Positions 6,405 to 14,342 of a stretch of DNA of 15,118 bases are shown here, piece by piece (position 1 is the stretch's first letter; every line of letters starts with the position of its first letter). The position numbers and the translations under genes were made by a program. Source of the DNA: a virus (Duplodnaviria > Heunggongvirae > Uroviricota > Caudoviricetes); IMG/VR virus record IMGVR_UViG_2740892439_000020, positions 1-15,118 of that record. One strand, written 5' to 3'. Below the pieces are notes generated by a model. That model ran no database searches. It was not told the origin of the DNA and worked only from the letters and a program-made list of their open reading frames with translations.

Positions 6405-6464
6405 CTTAAATTTAAGACTTCTTAATTTATTGGTCAAGTGCATTTTTGAAGAAAACTTAATTTT
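6405..6464 (-). promoter_or_regulatory. pL promoter with OL operators
   Basis: minus-strand -35 TTGACC (6432-6437), 17-nt spacer, -10 TAAATT (6409-6414); P22-type operator-like 18-mers with TTAAG/CTTAA half-sites at 6410-6427 and 6445-6462; 12-bp perfect palindrome CTTAAATTTAAG at 6405-6416. Confidence 0.5.
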
Positions 6465-6500
6465 ATGGGCGTGAATTTAGTTTGTCTTTGATTTTTAACG

Positions 6501-6528
6501 GGAAATAAAAAAGGGGCGAAAGCCCTTA
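6501..6528 (-). terminator. putative terminator immediately after the repressor gene
   Basis: minus-strand GGGC-UUUC-GCCC hairpin followed by CUUUUUUAUUU, starting at the repressor stop codon. Confidence 0.4.
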
Positions 6529-7176
6529 AGGAAGGTTTGCTAGCTTGGCATCAACGACAACGCCAATGATTTTACAGTTCCCATTGATTTCAATCATTGG
6601 GTATTGTGGATTGAGTGGTTTCAGGAATTTTCTACCGGCATCAATAACTAACTTTTTGAATGTCGCCTCGTTTTCTCCTTCAAGTTTGGCGACTACCAGC
6701 TTTCCATTACGTGGTTCGACTTCTGGGTCGACGAGAATAATCATCCCCTCAGGAATACTCAGTCCTGCCGGGGCAGTCATTGAATCGCCTTTAACGTCGA
6801 GCCAAAAAGAGTCTTCAGAACAATCTACCGTTGTGTCGTACCAGTTATCTATTGCACGCCTATGATATGGCTCTACAGCTTCCATCCAACATCCTGCGCT
6901 TACCCAACTAATTAGAGGATATGAACCTCTTGGATCATGCCTGCTGTGATAGGCAATGTTTGAAAGACTATCCTCTCCTTTCAACAGGTAATCAGGGGAG
7001 CACTGCAAAGCCTTGGCTAAGGCCAATAGGTTTTCGCCATTGGGCTCAGTTTCAGATCGCTCCCATTGGGAAATAGCAACATTAGACACGCCAACCATCT
7101 TGCCAAGGGCAGCCTGCCTAATCTTGAGTTCTTTTCTGCGAGCGCGAATACGCTCACCCATCAGTTGTGTATTCAT
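6526..7176 (-). CDS. c2: prophage repressor, C2/CI type (N-terminal HTH, C-terminal LexA-like S24 self-cleaving domain), P22 C2-like
   Basis: 216 aa; N-terminal domain (MNTQLMGERIRARR..QAALGKMVGVSNVAISQWERSE) matches my recollection of the P22 C2 DNA-binding domain; C-terminal Ser-Lys peptidase region (GDSMTAPAG...KLVVAKL...TFKKL); divergent from cro across an operator region. Confidence 0.85.
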   Translation of the reverse strand: MNTQLMGERIRARRKELKIRQAALGKMVGVSNVAISQWERSETEPNGENLLALAKALQCSPDYLLKGEDSLSNIAYHSRHDPRGSYPLISWVSAGCWMEAVEPYHRRAIDNWYDTTVDCSEDSFWLDVKGDSMTAPAGLSIPEGMIILVDPEVEPRNGKLVVAKLEGENEATFKKLVIDAGRKFLKPLNPQYPMIEINGNCKIIGVVVDAKLANLP

Positions 7177-7245
7177 AGTTAAGACATCTTAAATAAACTT
7201 GACTTAAGATTCCTTTGGTGGATAATTTAAGTGTTCTTTAATTTC
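7177..7245. promoter_or_regulatory. OR operator region with pR (and divergent pRM)
   Basis: three 18-bp P22-type operator-like sites of form ANTNAAG-N4-CTTNANT at 7177-7194, 7202-7219, 7225-7242; pR -35 TTGACT 7199-7204 and -10 GATAAT 7221-7226 on plus strand. Confidence 0.6.
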
Positions 7246-7256
7246 GGAGCGAGTCT

Positions 7257-7442
7257 ATGTACAAAAAAGATGTTATTGACCACTTCGGAACCCAGCGTGC
7301 TGTTGCTAAAGCACTAGGCATTAGCGATGCAGCAGTCTCTCAGTGGAAAGAAGTTATCCCAGAGAAAGACGCCTATCGATTGGAAATCGTTACAGCTGGC
7401 GCCCTGAAGTATCAAGAAAGTGCTTACCGCCAAGCGGCATAA
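7257..7442 (+). CDS. cro: Cro repressor (P22 Cro-like)
   Basis: 61 aa; GGAG RBS; HTH QRAVAKALGISDAAVSQW; sequence matches my recollection of P22 Cro; divergent from repressor. Confidence 0.85.
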   Translation: MYKKDVIDHFGTQRAVAKALGISDAAVSQWKEVIPEKDAYRLEIVTAGALKYQESAYRQAA

Positions 7443-7449
7443 GCAAATT

Positions 7450-7489
7450 GCTCTTTAACAGTTCTGGCCTTTCACCTCTAACCGGGTGA
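7450..7489 (+). promoter_or_regulatory. nutR: nutR site: boxA (GCTCTTTAACA) and boxB hairpin with CUAACCG loop
   Basis: boxA 7450-7460 identical to the nutL boxA; boxB stem UCACC/GGUGA at 7472-7489 shares the CUAACCG loop sequence with nutL boxB. Confidence 0.6.
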
Positions 7490-7498
7490 GCAAACATC

Positions 7499-7525
7499 AG
7501 CGGCAAATCCATTGGGTGTGCCGCT
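7499..7525 (+). other. 7-bp inverted repeat AGCGGCA-N13-TGCCGCT (candidate tR1-region structure, no U-tract)
   Basis: read from sequence between nutR and the cII-like gene; lambda tR1 is rho-dependent, which is consistent with absence of a T-run. Confidence 0.3.
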
Positions 7526-7557
7526 ATAACTCAATATCAATATAGGAAAATTAACAA

Positions 7558-7854
7558 ATGGCACAAGCAAGCTACAGCAAGCCAACACAGCGAGAAATTG
7601 ATCGCGCTGAAACTGATTTACTCATCAACCTGTCAACGCTTACCCAGCGCGGTCTGGCAAAGATGATTGGCTGTCATGAATCGAAGATAAGCAGAACGGA
7701 CTGGAGGTTTATTGCTTCGGTCTTGTGTGCTTTCGGAATGGCATCAGACATCAGTCCGATTAGCAGGGCTTTTAAGTATGCGCTTGATGAAATCACAAAG
7801 AAAAAATCCCCGGCCGCCACCGAGGATTTTAAGCAAATTGATATGCAATTCTGA
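7558..7854 (+). CDS. cII: CII-family transcriptional activator
   Basis: 98 aa; HTH region and C-terminal KKKSPAATEDFKQIDMQF resemble lambda CII (NKKRPAATERSEQIQMEF); follows cro and nutR. Confidence 0.75.
   Translation: MAQASYSKPTQREIDRAETDLLINLSTLTQRGLAKMIGCHESKISRTDWRFIASVLCAFGMASDISPISRAFKYALDEITKKKSPAATEDFKQIDMQF
7567..7580 (-). promoter_or_regulatory. candidate CII-binding site of pRE (TTGC-N6-TTGC direct repeat)
   Basis: minus strand reads TTGCTGTAGCTTGC inside the 5' end of the cII-like gene, the position and form of the lambda pRE activator site. Confidence 0.45.
7797..7826 (-). terminator. oop-type antisense terminator within the 3' end of the cII-like gene
   Basis: minus-strand hairpin (7807-7826) followed by AUUUUUUCUUUG; same location as the lambda oop RNA terminator. 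Confidence 0.45.
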
Positions 7855-7886
7855 GGGAATTACTGGATCAATCCACAGGAGTAATT

Positions 7887-8048
7887 ATGACAAAACGTCG
7901 TAAGAAATACCAGGAAAAAGAAGAGATTCGACACCCTGATTCACCTGAGGGATTAGTGGTAGCCGCAGCAAATAACAGGGCGTTCGCAGAGCGCCTTGTT
8001 GGTGTTTACAGACTAGCCAAAGCAGGAGTGAAACATGGGCGTCGTTAA
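7887..8048 (+). CDS. small basic protein (53 aa, [53 protein letters not shown])
   Basis: not in ORF track; ATG 7887-7889 with AGGAG 6 nt upstream; ends 14 nt inside the O-like gene. Confidence 0.45.
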   Translation: MTKRRKKYQEKEEIRHPDSPEGLVVAAANNRAFAERLVGVYRLAKAGVKHGRR

Positions 8049-8796
8049 GTTAGCTGATTACAGGCCTCAACTGGAGGTCGTGGAGCATCGCGTGGCAGAT
8101 ACCGAAGATGGTTTCATGCGCGTTGCTAACGAGATTACCGACAGTCTGCTGATGGCTGATTTAACCGTCCGGCAGTTGAAGGTGATGCTCGCTATCATGC
8201 GCAAGACATACGGATTCAATAAGCCGATGGATCGACTCACAAACACGCAGATAGCAGCCATGACAGGTATTCATCACACTCATGTTTGCGCTGCCAAGCG
8301 CCAGCTTATCGAGCGTAAATTCCTCATTGCTGATGGCGTGAAAATCGGAGTGAACAAGGTGGTTTCTCAGTGGATTAGCCAGGACAGCTTAACATTAGCT
8401 AAAACAGCTAATAAAACATTAGCCGAGTCGGCTAATGGGTATAAGCCAAGTCAGCTAAACACAAAAGACAATATACAAAAGACAATAAATACAAATACCC
8501 CCTTACCCCCTAACGGGGGCGGCGATTGGCAGGTTAAACCTGAACGTCGCAAGGCAGAACGAATCGACTACGAATCCTTCCTGAACGCCTACAACGCCGA
8601 AGTCGGTGACAGACTTCCACACGCTGTTGCGGTCAACGAGAAACGCAAACGCCGCCTGAAGAAAATCATCCCGCAACTGAAAACGCCAAACGTGGACGGT
8701 TTCAGAGCGTATGTCAGGGCGTTTGTGCATCAGCCAAGCCGTTTTACTTCGGAGACAACGACACTGGCTGGACGGCAGATTTTGATTACCTGCTGA
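8035..8796 (+). CDS. O: replication initiation protein, lambda O-like N-terminal domain (possibly 3'-frameshifted, see findings)
   Basis: 253 aa as read; AGGAG RBS; N-terminal region [37 protein letters not shown] resembles lambda O (DLTKRQFKVLLAILRKTYGWNKPMDRITDSQ); iterons inside the gene. Confidence 0.8.
   Translation: MGVVKLADYRPQLEVVEHRVADTEDGFMRVANEITDSLLMADLTVRQLKVMLAIMRKTYGFNKPMDRLTNTQIAAMTGIHHTHVCAAKRQLIERKFLIADGVKIGVNKVVSQWISQDSLTLAKTANKTLAESANGYKPSQLNTKDNIQKTINTNTPLPPNGGGDWQVKPERRKAERIDYESFLNAYNAEVGDRLPHAVAVNEKRKRRLKKIIPQLKTPNVDGFRAYVRAFVHQPSRFTSETTTLAGRQILITC
8394..8500. repeat. candidate replication origin: ATTAGC/GCTAAT iteron-like palindromes followed by an AT-rich tract
   Basis: palindromes ATTAGCT-AAAAC-AGCTAAT (8394-8412) and ATTAGCCGA-G-TCGGCTAAT (8418-8436), a degenerate third copy near 8441-8458, then AT-rich 8459-8500; inside the O-like coding region as for ori-lambda. 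Confidence 0.5.
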
Positions 8797-8851
8797 GGGA
8801 AGATTCGTTAACGGGAGTACGGGAAGGGAAGTTTGCAGACAGGGGGATAGC

Positions 8852-10228
8852 ATGAGACAGGATATCGAAGCGAGCGTTATCGGTGGCCTGCTGATTGGTG
8901 GATTAACACCAACTGCCAGTGACGTTCTGGCAACGCTTGAGCCGGAAGCGTTTTCAATTCCGCTCTACCGGAAAGCCTTCGAGGTTATCCGCAAGCAGGC
9001 GAGAAACAGAAACCTAATCGACGCGCTGATGGTTGCCGAGGCGTGCGGAGAGGAGCATTTCACGTCAATCCTGATGACCAGCAAAAACTGCCCGAGCGCC
9101 GCAAACCTGAAGGGATATGCCGGAATGGTCGCGGATAACTATCACCGCCGTCTGGTGCTGGAAATCATGGATGAAATGCGTGAACCAATTCAGAGCGGAA
9201 CCATCGATACATCGAGTCAGGCGATGGACGAGCTTGTAAAGCGTCTTTCAGCCATCAGAAAGCCCCGTGACGAGGTTAAACCTGTACGGTTAGGGGAAAT
9301 CATCACTGACTACACTGACACGCTTGACAGGCGTCTGAGGAACGGAGAAGAGTCAGATACCCTGAAGACCGGAATCGAAGAACTTGATGTCATCACCGGA
9401 GGGATGAACGCGGAAGACCTGGTGATAATCGCTGCCCGTCCTGGCATGGGGAAAACCGAACTGGCGCTGAAGATTGCCGAAGGCGTTGCAAGCCGCGTTA
9501 TTCCTGGTTCTGACGTCCGGCGCGGAGTATTGATTTTCTCAATGGAAATGAGCGCATTGCAGATTGCAGAGCGAAGCATTGCCAACGCCGGGAGGATGTC
9601 GGTTAGCGTACTGCGAAATCCTGCATCGATGGATGACGAAGGCTGGGCGCGTGTTGCTAACGGCATGAGTCAGCTTGCAGATTTGGATGTATGGGTAGTC
9701 GATGCCTCGCGGTTATCGGTCGAAGAAATACGCTCAATCGCAGAACGACACAAACAGGAAAATCCAAACCTGTCACTCATCATGGCGGATTATCTTGGCC
9801 TGATTGAGAAGCCGAAAGCAGACCGCAACGACCTCGCAATTGCTCACATCTCCGGAAGCCTGAAGGCGATGGCGAAAGACCTGAAAACGCCTGTTATCTC
9901 CCTAAGTCAGCTTTCGCGCGATGTTGAGAAGCGACCAAACAAACGCCCGACAAACGCAGATTTGCGTGATTCAGGAAGCATTGAGCAGGACGCAGACTCA
10001 ATCATCATGCTCTATCGGGAAGCGGTATATGACGAGAACAGTAGCGCCGCGCCATTTGCTGAAATCATCGTGACGAAAAACCGTTTTGGCTCGCTTGGTA
10101 CGGTTTACCAGCGGTTCTGTAACGGACATTTTGTTGCATGTGACCAGGATGAAGCCAGACAGATTTGCACAGCATCAAATGCACCCGCTGCACGTGGCAG
10201 ACGATATGCACAAGGGGCTGACGTATGA
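8852..10228 (+). CDS. DnaB-family replicative DNA helicase (P22 gene 12-like, replaces lambda P)
   Basis: 458 aa; DnaB N-terminal domain; Walker [13 protein letters not shown]; Walker B and RecA-fold motifs ([18 protein letters not shown]); follows the O-like gene. Confidence 0.9.
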   Translation: MRQDIEASVIGGLLIGGLTPTASDVLATLEPEAFSIPLYRKAFEVIRKQARNRNLIDALMVAEACGEEHFTSILMTSKNCPSAANLKGYAGMVADNYHRRLVLEIMDEMREPIQSGTIDTSSQAMDELVKRLSAIRKPRDEVKPVRLGEIITDYTDTLDRRLRNGEESDTLKTGIEELDVITGGMNAEDLVIIAARPGMGKTELALKIAEGVASRVIPGSDVRRGVLIFSMEMSALQIAERSIANAGRMSVSVLRNPASMDDEGWARVANGMSQLADLDVWVVDASRLSVEEIRSIAERHKQENPNLSLIMADYLGLIEKPKADRNDLAIAHISGSLKAMAKDLKTPVISLSQLSRDVEKRPNKRPTNADLRDSGSIEQDADSIIMLYREAVYDENSSAAPFAEIIVTKNRFGSLGTVYQRFCNGHFVACDQDEARQICTASNAPAARGRRYAQGADV

Positions 10229-10253
10229 CCATCTACATCACTGAGCTAATAAC

Positions 10254-10286
10254 AGGCCTGCTGGTAATCGCAGGCCTTTTTATTTG
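10254..10286 (+). terminator. rho-independent terminator (tR2-like) after the helicase gene
   Basis: perfect 8-bp stem AGGCCTGC/GCAGGCCT with 8-nt loop followed by TTTTTATTT. Confidence 0.65.
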
Positions 10287-10300
10287 GGGGAGGGTAAATC

Positions 10301-10507
10301 GTGGCTGAGTTAATTTTCTCTGCATTGAGGATTCTTGGTGCTATGTGGATGGTGGCGACGTTCATTGTGGTTGCCAGCAGTTTTGTCCGGTTGGTAGGCG
10401 AAGGTAAAGACCTGGTGGGTGTGCTTTTCGGTAGCATTTTCCTGTGGGTGATTATCGGTGTTGCGCCTGTCGCTGTAGCAAAAATGGCGTGGCGTTTTGT
10501 GAGTTGA
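10301..10507 (+). CDS. small membrane protein with two predicted TM helices (68 aa)
   Basis: GTG start 10301-10303 with GGGGGAGGG 6 nt upstream; hydrophobic segments MWMVATFIVVASSFV and VLFGSIFLWVIIGVAPVAVA. Confidence 0.45.
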   Translation: MAELIFSALRILGAMWMVATFIVVASSFVRLVGEGKDLVGVLFGSIFLWVIIGVAPVAVAKMAWRFVS

Positions 10508-10524
10508 ACTGATGGTAAGTACCG

Positions 10525-10845
10525 ATGGACGAATCAAGAAAGCAGTTTGAAGAAAGCTGGTTGCGACGTGGGGGCGAATCTTCAGACCTTATCCGTTACC
10601 CTGAAAATCACCATGAAATTGGCAGCGGTAATATTGGTGGTCAATACGTGATGGTCGATGTTCAAGGCCACTGGCAAACGTGGCAGGCATCGCGATCAGC
10701 TATTGAAATAACCGCGCCAAAGTTTATCGACAGCAGAGAAGCATTAGCCAAAGGGTTTACTGTTGATTATTCCAATGGCTTCGGTGATGCAATGGATGCT
10801 TATGAGGAAAACATCCGCGCTGCTGGAGTCAAATTGAAGGAGTAA
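10525..10845 (+). CDS. hypothetical phage protein (106 aa)
   Basis: ORF with coding-like composition between helicase and ninB; weak RBS. Confidence 0.5.
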   Translation: MDESRKQFEESWLRRGGESSDLIRYPENHHEIGSGNIGGQYVMVDVQGHWQTWQASRSAIEITAPKFIDSREALAKGFTVDYSNGFGDAMDAYEENIRAAGVKLKE

Positions 10846-10847
10846 CG

Positions 10848-11258
10848 ATGAAGCAAACAATCTTCCTCCGAAGTAAGCAACAACAGCAAGCCGCAATAAA
10901 TGCCATCCTCGCAACACCACTCGATAAAGACAAGCCAGTCACCATCCGCATTACTGACTACAAGCGCAATCTTGACCAGAACGCAAAATTTCACGCGATG
11001 CTGGCGGATATCGCTCGTCAGGTTCAATGGTGCGGCAAATGGTTAAAACCGGAACAGTGGAAGGTTTTGTTGATTAGCGGTCATGCAGTGGCAACAAAAC
11101 AGGAAGCTGATGTTTTGCGCGGCCTTGAAGGCGAATTCGTCAACATTCGCGAAAGCAGCGCGCAGATGAGCGTGAAGCGTATGGCAAGTCTGATCGAGTA
11201 CACAACAGCCTGGGCTATTGGTCAGGGTGTCAGATTTACCGACAGGAGGTACGAATGA
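10848..11258 (+). CDS. ninB: NinB (Orf-family recombination mediator)
   Basis: 136 aa; AAGGAG RBS; similarity to lambda NinB/Orf ([25 protein letters not shown] vs lambda LDQNRKLWACLGDVSRQVEWHGRWL). Confidence 0.8.
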   Translation: MKQTIFLRSKQQQQAAINAILATPLDKDKPVTIRITDYKRNLDQNAKFHAMLADIARQVQWCGKWLKPEQWKVLLISGHAVATKQEADVLRGLEGEFVNIRESSAQMSVKRMASLIEYTTAWAIGQGVRFTDRRYE

Positions 11259-11431
11259 GACGACAGCGACGAAGTATCACCGACATAATCTGCGAAAACT
11301 GCAAATACCTTCCAACGAAACGCTCCAGAAATAAACGCAAGCCAATCCCAAAAGAATCTGACGTAAAAACCTTCAATTACACAGCTCACCTGTGGGATAT
11401 CCGGTGGCTAAGATATCGTGCGAGGAAATGA
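11255..11431 (+). CDS. ninE: NinE
   Basis: 58-aa ORF not in track; ATGA overlap with ninB stop; AGGAGG RBS; [30 protein letters not shown] matches my recollection of lambda NinE. Confidence 0.75.
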   Translation: MRRQRRSITDIICENCKYLPTKRSRNKRKPIPKESDVKTFNYTAHLWDIRWLRYRARK

Positions 11432-11787
11432 CAATGGATTATTCACAGTTAAGTGATTTTGAAATTAACAGAATGGTAGGAGACATAATTTTTAAAGGCC
11501 TTTGGGCAAGTAAACCGGAAACATCAGGGAATAACACCAACAAATGGTATTACGGAAATGCTGATACAACTTTTGAGCCATTAAACCCTTTACCTGACTA
11601 CTGCAATGATCCTAGCGCCTCATGGCCGATTATTGAGAAATACAGGATTAGCATTATCAATCTCGATGAAGACGAGTGGGGTGCACGTGGTGTGGCCGAC
11701 TGTAAATCTAAGCGAGCTATACATGAAAATTCCCTCCGCGCCGCCATGATTGTCTTTCTCATGATGCAGGACGCCAATAATGCTTAG
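11428..11787 (+). CDS. NinX-like hypothetical protein (about 118 aa)
   Basis: ATG 11428 overlaps the ninE stop as ATGA (alternative ATG 11434 with GAGGAAA RBS); track ORF starts further upstream at GTG 11392 inside ninE; position between ninE and ninF as for P22 ninX. Confidence 0.55.
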   Translation: MTMDYSQLSDFEINRMVGDIIFKGLWASKPETSGNNTNKWYYGNADTTFEPLNPLPDYCNDPSASWPIIEKYRISIINLDEDEWGARGVADCKSKRAIHENSLRAAMIVFLMMQDANNA

Positions 11788-11956
11788 CCCATCCCAATCC
11801 CTCCAATACCAGAAAGAAAGCGTCGAGCGGGCTTTAACGTGCGCTAACTGCGGTCAGAAGCTGCATGTGCTGGAAGTTCACGTGTGTGAGCACTGCTGCG
11901 CAGAACTGATGAGCGATCCGAATAGCTCAATGTACGAGGAAGAAGACGATGGCTAA
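11780..11956 (+). CDS. ninF: NinF
   Basis: 58-aa ORF not in track; [40 protein letters not shown] (Cys-rich) matches my recollection of lambda NinF; overlaps both neighbours. Confidence 0.75.
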   Translation: MLSPSQSLQYQKESVERALTCANCGQKLHVLEVHVCEHCCAELMSDPNSSMYEEEDDG

Positions 11957-12560
11957 ACCAGCGCGAAGACGATGTAAAAACGATGAATGTCGGGAATGGT
12001 TTCACCCTGCATTCGCTAATCAGTGGTGGTGCTCTCCAGAGTGTGGAACCAAGATAGCACTCGAACGACGAAGTAAAGAACACGAAAAAGCGGAAAAAGC
12101 AGCAGAGAAGAAACGACGACGAGAGGAGCAGAAACAGAAAGATAAACTTAAGATTCGAAAACTCGCCTTAAAGCCCCGCAGTTACTGGATTAAACAAGCC
12201 CAACAAGCCGTAAACGCCTTCATCAGAGAAAGAGACCGCGACTTACCATGTATCTCGTGCGGAACGCTCACGTCTGCTCAGTGGGATGCCGGACATTACC
12301 GGACAACTGCTGCGGCACCTCAACTCCGATTTGATGAACGCAATATTCACAAGCAATGCGTGGTGTGCAACCAGCACAAAAGCGGGAATCTCGTTCCGTA
12401 TCGCGTCGAACTGATTAGCCGCATCGGGCAGGAAGCAGTAGACGAAATCGAATCAAACCATAACCGCCATCGCTGGACTGTCGAAGAGTGCAGGGCCATC
12501 AAGGCGGAGTATCAGCAGAAACTCAAAGACCTGCGAAATAGCAGAAGTGAGGCCGCATGA
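11949..12560 (+). CDS. ninG: NinG (Rap-family recombination-associated endonuclease)
   Basis: 203 aa; Cys-rich N-terminus and lysine-rich region as in lambda NinG; gene order. Confidence 0.85.
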   Translation: MAKPARRRCKNDECREWFHPAFANQWWCSPECGTKIALERRSKEHEKAEKAAEKKRRREEQKQKDKLKIRKLALKPRSYWIKQAQQAVNAFIRERDRDLPCISCGTLTSAQWDAGHYRTTAAAPQLRFDERNIHKQCVVCNQHKSGNLVPYRVELISRIGQEAVDEIESNHNRHRWTVEECRAIKAEYQQKLKDLRNSRSEAA

Positions 12561-12763
12561 CGTTCTCAGTAAAAACCATTCCAGACATGCTCGTTGAAGC
12601 ATACGGAAACCAGACAGAAGTAGCACGCAGACTGAAATGTAGTCGCGGCACGGTAAGAAAATACGTTGATGATAAAGACGGGAAAATGCACGCCATCGTC
12701 AACGACGTTCTCATGGTTCATCGCGGATGGAGTGAAAGAGATGCGCTATTACGAAAAAATTGA
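12557..12763 (+). CDS. ninH: NinH
   Basis: 68 aa; ATGA overlap with ninG stop; matches lambda NinH in length and HTH-like sequence. Confidence 0.8.
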   Translation: MTFSVKTIPDMLVEAYGNQTEVARRLKCSRGTVRKYVDDKDGKMHAIVNDVLMVHRGWSERDALLRKN

Positions 12764-13406
12764 TGGCAGCAAATACCGAAATATTTGGGTAGTTGGCGAC
12801 CTGCACGGATGCTACACGAACCTGATGAACAAACTGGATACGATTGGATTCGACAACAAAAAAGACCTGCTTATCTCGGTGGGCGATTTGGTTGATCGCG
12901 GTACAGAGAACGTCGAATGTCTGGAATTAATCACATTCCCCTGGTTCAGAGCTGTACGTGGAAACCATGAGCAAATGATGATTGATGGCTTATCAGAGCG
13001 TGGAAACGTTAATCACTGGCTGCTTAATGGCGGTGGCTGGTTCTTTAATATCGATTACGACAAAGAAATTCTGGCTAAAGCTCTTGCCCATAAAGCAGAA
13101 GAACTTCCGTTAATCATCGAACTGGTGAGCAAAGGTAAAAAATATGTCATTTGCCACGCCGATTATCCTTGTGATGAATACGAGTTTGGAAAGCCAGTTG
13201 ATCATCAGCAGGTAATCTGGAACCGCGAACGAATCGGCAACTCACAAGACGGGATCGTGAAAGAAATCAAAGGCGCGGACACGTTCATCTTTGGTCATAC
13301 GCCAGCAGTGAAACCACTCAAATTTGCCAACCAGATGTATATCGATACCGGCGCAGTGTTCTGCGGAAACCTCACATTGATTCAGGTACAGGGAGAAGGC
13401 GCATGA
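12741..13406 (+). CDS. ninI: NinI serine/threonine protein phosphatase (lambda PPase family)
   Basis: start moved to ATG 12741 (GGAGTGAAAGAG RBS) from track start 12666; metallophosphatase motifs GDLHG, GDLVDRG, GNHE, GHT. Confidence 0.9.
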   Translation: MRYYEKIDGSKYRNIWVVGDLHGCYTNLMNKLDTIGFDNKKDLLISVGDLVDRGTENVECLELITFPWFRAVRGNHEQMMIDGLSERGNVNHWLLNGGGWFFNIDYDKEILAKALAHKAEELPLIIELVSKGKKYVICHADYPCDEYEFGKPVDHQQVIWNRERIGNSQDGIVKEIKGADTFIFGHTPAVKPLKFANQMYIDTGAVFCGNLTLIQVQGEGA

Positions 13407-14026
13407 GACTCGAAAGCGTAGCTAAATTTCATTCGCCAAAAAGCCCGATGATGAGCGACTCACCACGGGCTACGGCTTCTGACTCTCTTTCCGGTACTGA
13501 TGTGATGGCTGCTATGGGGATGGCGCAATCACAAGCCGGATTCGGAATGGCTGCATTCTGCGGTAAGCATGAACTCAGCCAGAACGACAAACAAAAGGCT
13601 ATCAACTATCTGATGCAATTTGCACACAAGGTATCGGGGAAATACCGTGGTGTGGCAAAGCTTGAAGGAAATACTAAGGCAAAGGTACTGCAAGTGCTCG
13701 CAACATTCGCTTATGCAGATTATTGCCGTAGTGCCGCGACGCCGGGGGCAAGATGCAGAGATTGCCACGGTACAGGCCGTGCGGTTGATATAGCCAAAAC
13801 GGAGCAGTGGGGGAGAGTTGTTGAGAAAGAGTGCGGAAGATGCAAAGGTGTCGGCTATTCAAGAATGCCAGCAAGCGCCGCATATCGCGCTGTAACGATG
13901 CTAATCCCAAACCTTACTCAACCCACCTGGTCACGCACTGTTAAGCCGCTGTATGACGCTCTGGTGGTGCAATGCCACAAAGAAGAGTCAATCGCAGACA
14001 ACATTTTGAATGCGGTCACACGCTAG
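13403..14026 (+). CDS. Q: late-gene antiterminator Q (lambda Q type)
   Basis: 207 aa; ATGA overlap with ninI stop; zinc-binding CRDCHGTG...CGRCKG motifs; sequence matches my recollection of lambda Q; followed by a lambda-type pR'. Confidence 0.9.
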   Translation: MRLESVAKFHSPKSPMMSDSPRATASDSLSGTDVMAAMGMAQSQAGFGMAAFCGKHELSQNDKQKAINYLMQFAHKVSGKYRGVAKLEGNTKAKVLQVLATFAYADYCRSAATPGARCRDCHGTGRAVDIAKTEQWGRVVEKECGRCKGVGYSRMPASAAYRAVTMLIPNLTQPTWSRTVKPLYDALVVQCHKEESIADNILNAVTR

Positions 14027-14068
14027 CAGCATGATTTCCACGGATGGCAACATATTAACGGCATGATA

Positions 14069-14110
14069 TTGACTTTTTGAATAAAGTTGGGTAAATTTGA
14101 CTCAACGATG
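14069..14110 (+). promoter_or_regulatory. late promoter pR' with overlapping qut (Q-utilisation) site
   Basis: -35 TTGACT 14069-14074, 17-nt spacer, -10 TAAATT 14092-14097; region nearly identical to lambda pR' as recalled. Confidence 0.75.
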
Positions 14111-14132
14111 GATAAATGCACTCGTTAAATAA

Positions 14133-14167
14133 AGCCTGAGTTAATAGCTCGGGGCTTTTTGCGTTTT
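14133..14167 (+). terminator. rho-independent terminator about 30-60 nt downstream of the pR' start (tR'-like, would give a short 6S-like RNA)
   Basis: 8-bp stem with one bulge (AGCCUGAG/CUCGGGGCU), 7-nt loop, then UUUUUGCGUUUU. Confidence 0.5.
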
Positions 14168-14303
14168 AATCACGACCTTTCTGAAAGCACATCAAACCAA
14201 ATACCAGACAGACAAAAATAATCACCTTATCCGCTGTGGCTACGGTGCGGTGTGCTTTGCATAAAAGAAAACCAGCGCAATGGCTGGCTTCGTGAAAGCG
14301 GGT

Positions 14304-14342
14304 GGCAAGAGGTTGCGCTAACAACCTCCTGCCGTTTTGCCC
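14304..14342 (+). other. strong stem-loop (12-bp stem, one mismatch) followed by GTTTTG in the late leader upstream of S
   Basis: GGCAAGAGGTTG-CGCTAA-CAACCTCCTGCC read from sequence; possible attenuator/terminator or RNA processing structure. Confidence 0.5.

Noticed and set aside
1233-6865. Plus-strand ORFs overlapping minus-strand genes in the left arm (1233..1430, 1487..1852, 1892..2149, 2058..2264, 2261..2509, 2506..2700, 2559..2792, 2835..3020, 3086..3280, 3112..3336, 3559..3765, 4039..4278, 4157..4345, 4275..4457, 4479..4745, 5302..5571, 6545..6865)
   Set aside because: All lie antisense to longer ORFs that have recognisable products, RBSs and coupled starts; they have no Shine-Dalgarno sequences and low-complexity or hydrophobic translations typical of shadow ORFs
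7712-7903. Plus-strand ORF 7712..7903 overlapping the 3' end of the cII-like gene
   Set aside because: Out of frame with cII, no RBS; the region is better explained by cII, the oop-type terminator and the small ORF at 7887..8048
8067-9666. Minus-strand ORFs 8067..8261, 8503..8853 and 9310..9666 inside the O-like and helicase genes
   Set aside because: Antisense to well-supported replication genes, no RBS, compositionally biased (Ser/Arg/Pro-rich) translations
12666-12740. Upstream start of the track ORF 12666..13406 for ninI
   Set aside because: The phosphatase homology begins at the ATG at 12741, which has a good RBS; the upstream 25 codons overlap ninH in another frame and have no RBS
13529-13910. 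Minus-strand ORFs 13529..13768 and 13674..13910 inside Q; also 11844..12083 and 12523..12714 inside ninG/ninH and 10246..10537, 10800..11027 in the nin region
   Set aside because: Antisense shadow ORFs within confidently identified plus-strand genes
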